Shown here in pieces: positions 1 through 6,969 of a stretch of 45,013 nt of DNA. Location of the stretch: contig JAJXVO010000001.1 in NCBI GenBank assembly GCA_021782105.1, positions 1 through 45,013 on the forward strand, read 5' to 3'. The notes under the pieces were generated by a model. It searched no databases. It had not been told where the DNA came from and saw nothing but the letters and a program-made list of their open reading frames with translations. Numbering within the stretch: the stretch's first letter is position 1; each line of letters begins with the position of its first letter. This stretch comes from a bacterium. GTDB taxonomy: Bacteria > Verrucomicrobiota > Verrucomicrobiia > Opitutales > Opitutaceae. The translations under genes were made by a program, and so were the position numbers.

Positions 1-419
1 GTCACCGTACCGAGCAAACCGAGCAGCGGGGCCGCGGTGATCACGGTGTCGAGAATGGCCATACCCTGCTGGAAGCGGGTGAGCTCCTGATTCGAGGCGC
101 GGAGGAAGGCGTTGTGCATCGAGTACTCGCGGTTCGTCAGCGTGTACACCAGGATGCGAGCGACGTAGTCGTGGCTCTTCTTGCCCATCGCAACGGCGGA
201 ATCCAGATCGCGCGCCTCAACCTTCTCGAGCATCTTTTCCACGACCTCGGGATCGCGATGCGCATTCTCGCGCATAATGAAGAGCACGCGTTCCACAATA
301 ACCGTGAGGCCGATGAACGAAATCAGAAGAATCGGCCACATGATCGGACCACCGTGGATGAAGAGCTCCATCGGAGACTGGCCCATGAGGAATGCGATCG
401 GCAGGGTGCTAGTAATCAT
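1..419 (-). CDS. MotA/TolQ/ExbB-family proton channel protein; N-terminal part only, the C-terminus runs off the window edge
   Basis: Absent from the ORF track because it leaves the window. My minus-strand translation from the ATG (complement of 417-419) reads MITSTLPIAFLMGQSPMELFIHGGPIMWPILLISFIGLTVIVERVLF...QQGMAILDTVITAAPLLGLLGTV. The APLLGLLGTV stretch after a transmembrane helix is the MotA/TolQ/ExbB signature. The plus-strand track ORFs at 114-455 and 181-435 are antisense artefacts. Confidence 0.8.
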   Translation of the reverse strand, partial: MITSTLPIAFLMGQSPMELFIHGGPIMWPILLISFIGLTVIVERVLFIMRENAHRDPEVVEKMLEKVEARDLDSAVAMGKKSHDYVARILVYTLTNREYSMHNAFLRASNQELTRFQQGMAILDTVITAAPLLGLLGTV

Positions 420-578
420 GATTTTGGGACGTTGAGTTGTGTAAGTTTTGGTTAACTGAGATGAAATTCGTTATTAACAATCGAAAAGATCACTGGTGAT
501 TTTAGAAAAACTCAAGCTCGGAGCGTAGAGATTCAGAATTCCTAATACCCTCTCCATGGCAGTTAATAATAAACCATG

Positions 579-609
579 AAAAACGTGGCGAAGTCCAAAG
601 GATTTCGCC
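579..609 (-). terminator. Candidate rho-independent terminator downstream of the tRNA cluster
   Basis: The minus strand reads GGCGAA-ATCCTTTGGAC-TTCGCC followed by ACGTTTTT. The stem is only 6 bp. It lies about 140 nt past the 3' end of tRNA-Gln. Confidence 0.35.
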
Positions 610-749
610 ATCGGGTCCAAAAGCAGGGACCGTGACAGGGATTGGAAGGGAACTAAGCAAGGGACGGGGAAAAGGAGGTAACTTAGAAGCAAGGATTCGG
701 AGATCAAGCGCATCCATGAGCGCCTGAATGGGGAAAATTGCTGACCAAG

Positions 750-823
750 TGGCTGCCCGACTAGGGATCGAACCTAGACAAACAGATTCAGAATCTGCTG
801 TGCTACCATTACACCATCGGGCA
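750..823 (-). tRNA. tRNA-Gln (anticodon CUG), CCA encoded
   Basis: Reverse complement: TGCCCGATGGTGTAATGGTAGCACAGCAGATTCTGAATCTGTTTGTCTAGGTTCGATCCCTAGTCGGGCAGCCA. The acceptor stem is TGCCCGA/TCGGGCA, the anticodon loop is TTCTGAA and the T-arm is GGTTCGATCC. U1-A72 is typical of bacterial tRNA-Gln. Confidence 0.9.
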
Positions 824-880
824 GTGGAATTAAGAAAACGGACCGAGGAGGAGGATGCAGCGCACGCGAGAGGCAAAGAC

Positions 881-955
881 TGGAGCCGGCGACGGGAGTC
901 GAACCTGCAACCACCTGTTTACAAAACAGGTGCTCTGCCATTGAGCTACGCCGGC
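881..955 (-). tRNA. tRNA-Thr (anticodon UGU), CCA encoded
   Basis: Reverse complement: GCCGGCGTAGCTCAATGGCAGAGCACCTGTTTTGTAAACAGGTGGTTGCAGGTTCGACTCCCGTCGCCGGCTCCA. The acceptor stem is GCCGGCG/CGCCGGC. The anticodon stem is CCTGT/ACAGG with loop TTTGTAA. Confidence 0.9.
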
Positions 956-1045
956 AAAAAAAGGCGCGTGTCGCGCTTGCGGGGCGCATAAGCCACACTC
1001 GGCAAATCAAAGAACCAGACCAACTTGCACCGGAAGGCACAAGGT

Positions 1046-1121
<76 letters not shown>

Positions 1122-1323
1122 ATAAACGAAGACGCCGAAAACGCGAAACTTCGCCAGCCAAGTCAACACCAATTCCTCACCGGGCTCGTCAAAATTCCCA
1201 AAACAGTGGCGCAATGCGCAGCCCTCAAAACGGCCTGCCCGTCGGCAACCCGTTCATTTTTCATTTTTTGTCCTTTCCTCACCCCGCCCCCCACTGGGCC
1301 AATTTGAGGGTAACATTTTCTCA

Positions 1324-1632
1324 TCAGCCCGCGTCTTTCACTTTTCTCCGTCTGAGATCGAGGCGGACCAGGGTGGCTCCCCACCCTCCCGCGACTGGGT
1401 CCGCCTGACGGTAGGAAAGCACCCACGGAGACCGAGTCAGCATCGTCAGCACCGAATTTCGCAACGCTCCCGTGCCCTTGCCATGGATCACGCGCACCTC
1501 CGAGAGGCCGCGCTCCACGCACGCCTCCAGGTAGGCAGGCAGGACGACCCCCAATTCGCCGGGGGCAAACGTGTGCAGGTCGAGTTCGGGTCCTATGGGG
1601 ATCCGCACGGGCTCGTCGTAGGGAGTATCCAT
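1324..1632 (-). CDS. Smr-domain protein (102 aa)
   Basis: Only the C-terminal 102 aa of track ORF 1324..2124 look real: MDTPYDEPVRIPIGPELDLHTF...VRVIHGKGTGALRNSV...GGWGATLVRL. The LDLH and IHGKGTG motifs are Smr hallmarks. The ATG is the complement of 1630-1632. The upstream extension overlaps tatA in another frame. Confidence 0.8.
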   Translation of the reverse strand: MDTPYDEPVRIPIGPELDLHTFAPGELGVVLPAYLEACVERGLSEVRVIHGKGTGALRNSVLTMLTRSPWVLSYRQADPVAGGWGATLVRLDLRRRKVKDAG

Positions 1633-1685
1633 CTTACCAATGCGCGAATCGCGGTCGCTCCGACGCCTCCCCCCGACGGCGGTCC

Positions 1686-2051
1686 TCAGCTTGCCGTCGG
1701 CGGCTGGGAGCCCGGAGACTCGGGACCTCCCGTGCGCGAAGGGGGATTTGCCCGCGGAACCTGCGGCTCCGGCGGCGCCAGCTCGGGATAGAGCTTCGCA
1801 TCCTGGGGCGAGATCACCTGTTGCACGGATTGCGGCGGCTGGGGCCTGGGAGGCTCCACGGGTGTCTCGTGCAGCGCCCGCGAGATCTCCCTCTCCACGT
1901 CGCCCTTGGCCTTCTTGAATTCGTTGACGGCCCGACCCAGGCCGCGCGCAAAACCGGGAAGCTTGTCGCCTCCGAACAGCAGCACCGCGATCAGGAGGAT
2001 CCACATTATCTCCCCGCTGCCGACATCGAGAATGGCCAGAACGGAGATCAT
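1686..2051 (-). CDS. tatA: Twin-arginine translocase subunit TatA/E
   Basis: The translation reads MISVLAILDVGSGEIMWILLIAVLLFGGDKLPGFARGLGRAVNEFKKAKGD followed by a proline-rich tail, which is the classic TatA transmembrane helix plus amphipathic helix. The ATG at the complement of 2049-2051 lies 2 nt after the stop of the upstream gene. The track start at 2057 is a GTG. Confidence 0.85.
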   Translation of the reverse strand: MISVLAILDVGSGEIMWILLIAVLLFGGDKLPGFARGLGRAVNEFKKAKGDVEREISRALHETPVEPPRPQPPQSVQQVISPQDAKLYPELAPPEPQVPRANPPSRTGGPESPGSQPPTAS

Positions 2052-2053
2052 CG

Positions 2054-2335
2054 TCACCCCTTCGTTCGGACGCGGTCCTTCTCGGCATCCCGCTCTTCCT
2101 CGATGCGAAGTTTTTCGTCCCCAAGCTGCCGCTGGATTTTCTCGATTTCGTCGAGCTTTCCCTCGGCTTGGGCCGCAGTGAGCCTGGCTTTCAGGAAGAT
2201 CTCACGCTCGGCCCACCTGCCCTTGTAGACGCGGTCGATCTCGGCGAGCCGTTCCTTCTGGCTGCCCGTCAGGGGTGCAGACTGCGGTTCGGTCCGAGCA
2301 AGGCGTTCCATGGCCAATTCGTAAGCGCTCTTCAT
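2054..2335 (-). CDS. Small charged, helical hypothetical protein (93 aa)
   Basis: The translation reads MKSAYELAMERLARTEPQ...KLDEIEKIQRQLGDEKLRIEEERDAEKDRVRTKG. It has coding-like composition, sits between comEC and tatA on the same strand, and its stop abuts the tatA start. I recognise no family. Confidence 0.5.
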   Translation of the reverse strand: MKSAYELAMERLARTEPQSAPLTGSQKERLAEIDRVYKGRWAEREIFLKARLTAAQAEGKLDEIEKIQRQLGDEKLRIEEERDAEKDRVRTKG

Positions 2336-2386
2336 GTGGGGGAAAAACGATGCCAAGGAACACACCCGGCGACAAGACGCAAGCGG

Positions 2387-4024
2387 TCATCCATACCGGA
2401 CGGCGAATGCGAGCAGCAGCGCGCACAGAGCGAAGGGAGGAACCCATCGCAGGGGCCGATTTCGCCCCGGCCATGCATAACAGGCAAGGGACAGGACCAG
2501 CAGAGCGGCAAGGCTGGCCCCCCCGAGCCCCTCCCACCTGAACTGACCCGGGAAAAACATTCCCGGCAGGCGGAGCGCCTGACGGATTCCTTCTTCCATG
2601 GCGAGCAGGACCAAAGCGCCCGAGTGGTTGAAAACAGCGGCGAACGTCTCCAGCCCGAGCAGGCCCAAGAGCAGCGAGGCAAACCCCGAGTAGATCACCA
2701 GGGTCGAGACGGGGATCATCACCACGTTGATGAGCATCGAGCCGGGCGTGAAGAGCCGGAAAAACGCGATACCCGCCACGAGACCCACGAGTGACGCGGA
2801 AGCGCCAAGGGCAGCCGAGCTGAGCAAATGTCCGCCCAACCACGCCGCAAACCGTCGCGGCGAGCTTCGGCCGGCCTCTGGGATTCCCTCGAAAGGTCGC
2901 CACGCGGATTTCCACGCCTCGAACAGCGGCACTCCGACGAGCAGCAGCGCGGCGACGATTCCATAGCTCATCTGGAAACTCGCCGTGAAAAACTGCAGCG
3001 GTGCCACGGCGAGCACGATCACCCAGGCGGTGGTGAGCGTGGCGAGCGGATTGATTCCCCGCCGGATCAGGAGCGCCAGTTCGACGAAACCCACCATCAG
3101 AAGCGCGCGCACTGCGGAGGGGGCCGCTCCCGTGATGTCGACGTACAGCCACAGTGCGAGCGATCCCAGAAAGAACCGCAGCACATGGGGGATACGCAGG
3201 CTCGCGAGGATTCCGTGGATGGCCAAGGCGATTGCCACGATGTGCAGCCCGCTGATCGCGAAGAGATGCAGGGTGCCGCTTTGCAGGAAAAGCAGATTTT
3301 GCGAGGCGCTCATCTCGCCGGTCTGCCCCAACATCATCGCCCTGAGAACCGCCGCGAGGTCGGGACGGCGACGCTCGATGCCGAGGCCCAATATGGCGTG
3401 AAATCGGGACTCGGCCCGGGCGCAGAAGCGCCGGTAGCGGCCCGGGACGCCCTCCTCCCCCAGCACGTCACCGCGTGACACGCGAAAATTCACGCCGACG
3501 TCCGAAAGGTATCCTTCGAATGAGTACGGTTTGGCGGCGGCGGGCACCTTGTCGAGCACGCCACGCACCCGCAGGCGACTTCCACGGATAGGTCGCGGAG
3601 CGCGACGGTCGCACCCGAGAGTGATATAGACCGCCTGGCCCGCAAGTTCCGAGACGTGTCGATCCGCATGCACCACGCTCGCGAGAGCGGCCAGGCGCTC
3701 AGGATCCCGCGATGGGAATATACGCTGGCAGCGCACAAGCATCTGGATTTCACGGGCCGGAAATGTTTCCCAAATTTGGATCCGGTTGCGATGGATCCGG
3801 TAGGATGCGAGTCCCGCGAAGGCGAGCGCACACGCGAAGGCCGGCGCCCAGCGGCGTTCCGCTCCCCAGGCGGCCGTAACCGCCGCGGCCACGCACAGGA
3901 TTGCGCAGCCAAGAGAGACCGAAACAGGCGGCGAATACCCCATCCGCCCCGCCACCAGCCCTCCCGTCATCGGCAGCGCGATCCAAAGCAGCGGCGAGCG
4001 ATGGCGGAGGGGCTTCTCTTTCAT
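2387..4024 (-). CDS. comEC: ComEC/Rec2-family competence membrane protein (545 aa; no C-terminal metallo-beta-lactamase domain seen)
   Basis: The protein is polytopic and contains LLFLQSGTLHLFAISGLHIVAIALAIHGIL, which carries the SGLH motif of the ComEC competence domain. The ATG is the complement of 4022-4024. Confidence 0.75.
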   Translation of the reverse strand: MKEKPLRHRSPLLWIALPMTGGLVAGRMGYSPPVSVSLGCAILCVAAAVTAAWGAERRWAPAFACALAFAGLASYRIHRNRIQIWETFPAREIQMLVRCQRIFPSRDPERLAALASVVHADRHVSELAGQAVYITLGCDRRAPRPIRGSRLRVRGVLDKVPAAAKPYSFEGYLSDVGVNFRVSRGDVLGEEGVPGRYRRFCARAESRFHAILGLGIERRRPDLAAVLRAMMLGQTGEMSASQNLLFLQSGTLHLFAISGLHIVAIALAIHGILASLRIPHVLRFFLGSLALWLYVDITGAAPSAVRALLMVGFVELALLIRRGINPLATLTTAWVIVLAVAPLQFFTASFQMSYGIVAALLLVGVPLFEAWKSAWRPFEGIPEAGRSSPRRFAAWLGGHLLSSAALGASASLVGLVAGIAFFRLFTPGSMLINVVMIPVSTLVIYSGFASLLLGLLGLETFAAVFNHSGALVLLAMEEGIRQALRLPGMFFPGQFRWEGLGGASLAALLVLSLACYAWPGRNRPLRWVPPFALCALLLAFAVRYG

Positions 4025-4140
4025 TTCATTTAGTTAATTATTTTTTGTCTTTCTTACAAGCATTCGATTTCCTTCCAACCTCCCTATCGAGTCTCCGCTT
4101 TCCCCTTTCCTCCGTGGGAAAAGCCCTCACAAAGGAGTCG

Positions 4141-5511
4141 ATGCAGCACGATGCCCAGGGAGATTTGTTCGGCGGTGCGCCCCTCGACGAGGAGGGCGCG
4201 GGCGGCGCAGGGCCTGCGAACGTCGCTCCCAAGGGCCATCAACCGCTCGCCGCTCGCATGAGGCCGCGATGCCTGGCAGAGGTGGTCGGGCAGGATCACA
4301 TCACTGCCTCCGGCAATCTTCTTCCCCGTCTGGTGGCGCAAAACCGCTTTGGCAGCCTGCTCTTCTACGGTCCTCCGGGGTGCGGGAAAACCAGCATCGC
4401 CGAGGCGATCGCGGCGGAGACGAAAAGCCGTTTCGTGCGACTGAACGCCGTGCTCAGCAACGTCGCGGAGCTCCGCGACATCCTCGCGCAGGCCCGTCGC
4501 AGGCCGGATTCGGCGACCATCCTCTTCATCGATGAGCTGCACCGCTTCAACAAGGCACAGCAGGACCTGCTGCTGCCCGACGTCGAGGAGGGCAACGTGC
4601 GGCTCATCGGCGCAACGACCCACAATCCCGGCTTTTACGTCAACCCTCCCCTGCTCTCCCGCAGCCACCTTTTTCGCCTGGAGCCCCTCAAGCCGGAGGC
4701 CATGTCGGGTGTGATGCGCACGGCGCTGGACGATTCCGAGCGCGGCCTGGGGTCGCGACATCTTACCGCATCGGATGTCGTGCTCGTCCGGCTGGCCCGG
4801 TTGTGCGACGGCGACCTGCGCCGGGCGCTCAATGCGCTTGAGGTGATCGCGCTGAGTCTGCCGGAGAGCGGCGAGATCACGGACGCCGAGCTGGAGGTGT
4901 TCGCCCGGGAGCGGCGCATCCGTTACGACGCCGACGAGGACGAGCACTTCGACACGATTTCCGCATTCATCAAAAGCTGCCGGGGATGCGATCCGGATGC
5001 CGCCATGTACTGGCTCGCCAAGATGCTGGAGGGAGGCGAGGACCCGCGCTTCATCGCACGGCGGCTGGTGATTCTTGCCAGCGAGGACGTCGGGCTGGCC
5101 GATCCGCTTGCGCTTCCGCTCGCGGTCGCGGCGCACCACGCCGTGGATTTCGTGGGGCTGCCCGAGGCCGAGCTGACGCTCGCCCATGCGACGCTGCACA
5201 TCGCCTGCGCGCCGAAGAGCAACTCGGCCACCCTGGCGCTGTCGGCCGCCCATGCCGCGCTCAAGGAGCAGCCCGTCCAGGAGGTGCCGGTGGCACTGCG
5301 CGACAAGGGCGGTCAGGCGAGCAAACGCATGGGCCACGGCAAAGGCTACCTTTACGCCCATGATTTTCCCGAAGCGATCACGGGGCAGGATTACCTGAAC
5401 ACCCCGCTTACACTGTACACTCCCAAGTCGGCCGGCCTGGAAGCGCGCATCGTCGAGCGTCTCGCACGCTGGCGCGCCCTCAAGGACGGGCTCAAAGGCG
5501 CGTCCCTGTGA
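4141..5511 (+). CDS. rarA: Replication-associated recombination protein A (AAA+ ATPase, RarA/MgsA)
   Basis: MQHDAQGDLFGG...LAARMRPRCLAEVVGQDHI...LLFYGPPGCGKTSIAEAIA carries the Walker A motif. ILFIDELHRFNKAQQD carries Walker B and sensor residues. The C-terminal AMYWLAKMLEGGEDPRFIARRL is the MgsA signature. I take the ATG at 4141, because the track start at 3901 overlaps comEC. Confidence 0.9.
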   Translation: MQHDAQGDLFGGAPLDEEGAGGAGPANVAPKGHQPLAARMRPRCLAEVVGQDHITASGNLLPRLVAQNRFGSLLFYGPPGCGKTSIAEAIAAETKSRFVRLNAVLSNVAELRDILAQARRRPDSATILFIDELHRFNKAQQDLLLPDVEEGNVRLIGATTHNPGFYVNPPLLSRSHLFRLEPLKPEAMSGVMRTALDDSERGLGSRHLTASDVVLVRLARLCDGDLRRALNALEVIALSLPESGEITDAELEVFARERRIRYDADEDEHFDTISAFIKSCRGCDPDAAMYWLAKMLEGGEDPRFIARRLVILASEDVGLADPLALPLAVAAHHAVDFVGLPEAELTLAHATLHIACAPKSNSATLALSAAHAALKEQPVQEVPVALRDKGGQASKRMGHGKGYLYAHDFPEAITGQDYLNTPLTLYTPKSAGLEARIVERLARWRALKDGLKGASL

Positions 5512-5527
5512 CGCGTCGCCCCCGGGT

Positions 5528-6946
5528 TCAAGCCTTGGGGAAAAGCTGGTACGTGACGTAGGCGAACTGCTTCGAGTCGGGCGACCAGGATGGGACGTTG
5601 ATTGTCCCCTGCCCTCCGAAGAAGCAGGCGAGCACGCGGGGCTCTCCGCCGGCGGAGGGAAGGAGCCGCAAACGCACATCCTTGTTGGGCGGGTGGCCGG
5701 CGACGTCGGGCTCGTAGCTTAGGAGCACCAAGTGGCGCCCATCCGGAGAGGGATGGGCAAACCAGTTGTTGTACGCGTCGAACGTCACCTGTTCGAGGCC
5801 CTTGCCATCGGGATGCACGCGCCAGATCTGCATGCGGCCCGTGCGATCCGAGTTGAAGTAGATCCAACGGCCGTCCGGCGAATAATCCGGGCCGTCATCC
5901 AGGCCTCCGGCGGCCGCGGTCGTGACGCGGCGCTCGTCTCCGCCGGCAGCCGGGATGGTGAATATCCCAAAAACCCCATCGCGCTGCGCGCAGTAGGCCA
6001 GCGTCGAACCGTCGGGCGACCAGCCGTGCCAATAGGACGGACCTGGGCGGGTGACCCGCCGGGGCGCGCCGCCGGACGAGGGCAGGACGTAGATCAGGGA
6101 ATGCCCTTCCTCGGAGTGGTCGCTGATCGCGAGCAGGGAGCCGTCGGGCGAGAGGCCGTGGTCGTTGTTGCACCGGACCGCGAAGCCGGTGTCGATCGGC
6201 CGGGGTGCGCCCCCGCCTTGCCCGATGCGGAACAACCGGCCGCCGCCGTTGAACACGAGCGAGGCTCCGTCGCGCGACCAGTTGGGCGCCTCGATGTGTT
6301 GGTCTGTCTGATACACGACACGACGCCGAAGAGTATCGAGTTCCATGACCTCGAGCGCGCAAACCAGCCTGTCGGATCCCGGGCTCAGCTCAAAGAATTC
6401 GGGCGCGGAGAATCCCAGGGTTGCTCCCTCGCCACATTCCCAGGCCGCCACACCGAGATAAAAGCTGCCTTTGAAGGGCAGAAGGATCGAGCCGCCGGTG
6501 GGCGCCCAGGTGCCGTCGTCCGCGGCCGTCGACATCGAGATATAGGAGCCGCGGCGCTCGATGCGGATGCGTCGGTGACCGGTGGAGCCTGCGAGCAATT
6601 CCCGGGTTTCGGCGCCGGGCGTATCGCAGGTTTGCAGCACGGGCCGGCCTCCAGGAAGCAGATAGGCGGCTGCCGCCGAGCACGCGACCTGCAGGCTCTC
6701 GCGAATCATCAGGCCCGCGCTGCCGGCGGGCGAACCCTCGGGCAGCGAAGCGGCAAGGGCAAAGTCTCCGCTGACCTTCTTCCACACGTAATGAAACCTG
6801 GCGTCCCCTCCCCAGAGGCGGCCGGAACCGGACAGCGTCCAGCGGTCGCCACGACGGTGAAGCACCGCGGCGTGCGGTGCGGTCGTGGCGAGGATGCGGT
6901 GCCCCTCAAAGGGCGGATCGGTAAGAAAGGGGTCCTGATCGGGCAT
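5528..6946 (-). CDS. PD40/TolB-like beta-propeller protein with an N-terminal beta-sandwich-like domain
   Basis: The C-terminal half has repeated SPDG-type blades: LSPDGSLLAISD, WSPDGSTLAY, YSPDGRWIYFNSDRTG, PSPDGRHLVLLSY and WSPDSKQFAYV. The ATG is at the complement of 6944-6946. An alternative GTG at 6973 would overlap the upstream stop as GTGA. No signal peptide is evident. Confidence 0.75.
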   Translation of the reverse strand: MPDQDPFLTDPPFEGHRILATTAPHAAVLHRRGDRWTLSGSGRLWGGDARFHYVWKKVSGDFALAASLPEGSPAGSAGLMIRESLQVACSAAAAYLLPGGRPVLQTCDTPGAETRELLAGSTGHRRIRIERRGSYISMSTAADDGTWAPTGGSILLPFKGSFYLGVAAWECGEGATLGFSAPEFFELSPGSDRLVCALEVMELDTLRRRVVYQTDQHIEAPNWSRDGASLVFNGGGRLFRIGQGGGAPRPIDTGFAVRCNNDHGLSPDGSLLAISDHSEEGHSLIYVLPSSGGAPRRVTRPGPSYWHGWSPDGSTLAYCAQRDGVFGIFTIPAAGGDERRVTTAAAGGLDDGPDYSPDGRWIYFNSDRTGRMQIWRVHPDGKGLEQVTFDAYNNWFAHPSPDGRHLVLLSYEPDVAGHPPNKDVRLRLLPSAGGEPRVLACFFGGQGTINVPSWSPDSKQFAYVTYQLFPKA

Positions 6947-6969
6947 AATTTTCGGAGTCCGGAAGACGT

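Noticed and set aside
493-575. Possible tRNA pseudogene or att-site repeat. An 11-nt identity (agattcagaat, 529-539) to the anticodon arm of tRNA-Gln lies downstream of the tRNA cluster.
   Set aside because: The surrounding sequence folds into no acceptor stem or T-arm. The match covers the anticodon arm rather than the 3' end that integrases duplicate. No integrase or other mobile gene is nearby. It is kept only as a note within the spacer finding.
1324-2124. A 266-aa ORF that would make a large Smr protein.
   Set aside because: Only the last 102 aa are Smr-like. The upstream part is Arg/Gly/Ala-rich filler and overlaps the unmistakable tatA frame. The internal ATG at 1632 gives a normal stand-alone Smr-domain protein.
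3901-4140. An N-terminal 80-aa extension of the rarA ORF that overlaps comEC.
   Set aside because: The extension starts at a non-ATG codon, overlaps the comEC coding region on the other strand, and carries no RarA similarity. Homology begins just after the ATG at 4141.
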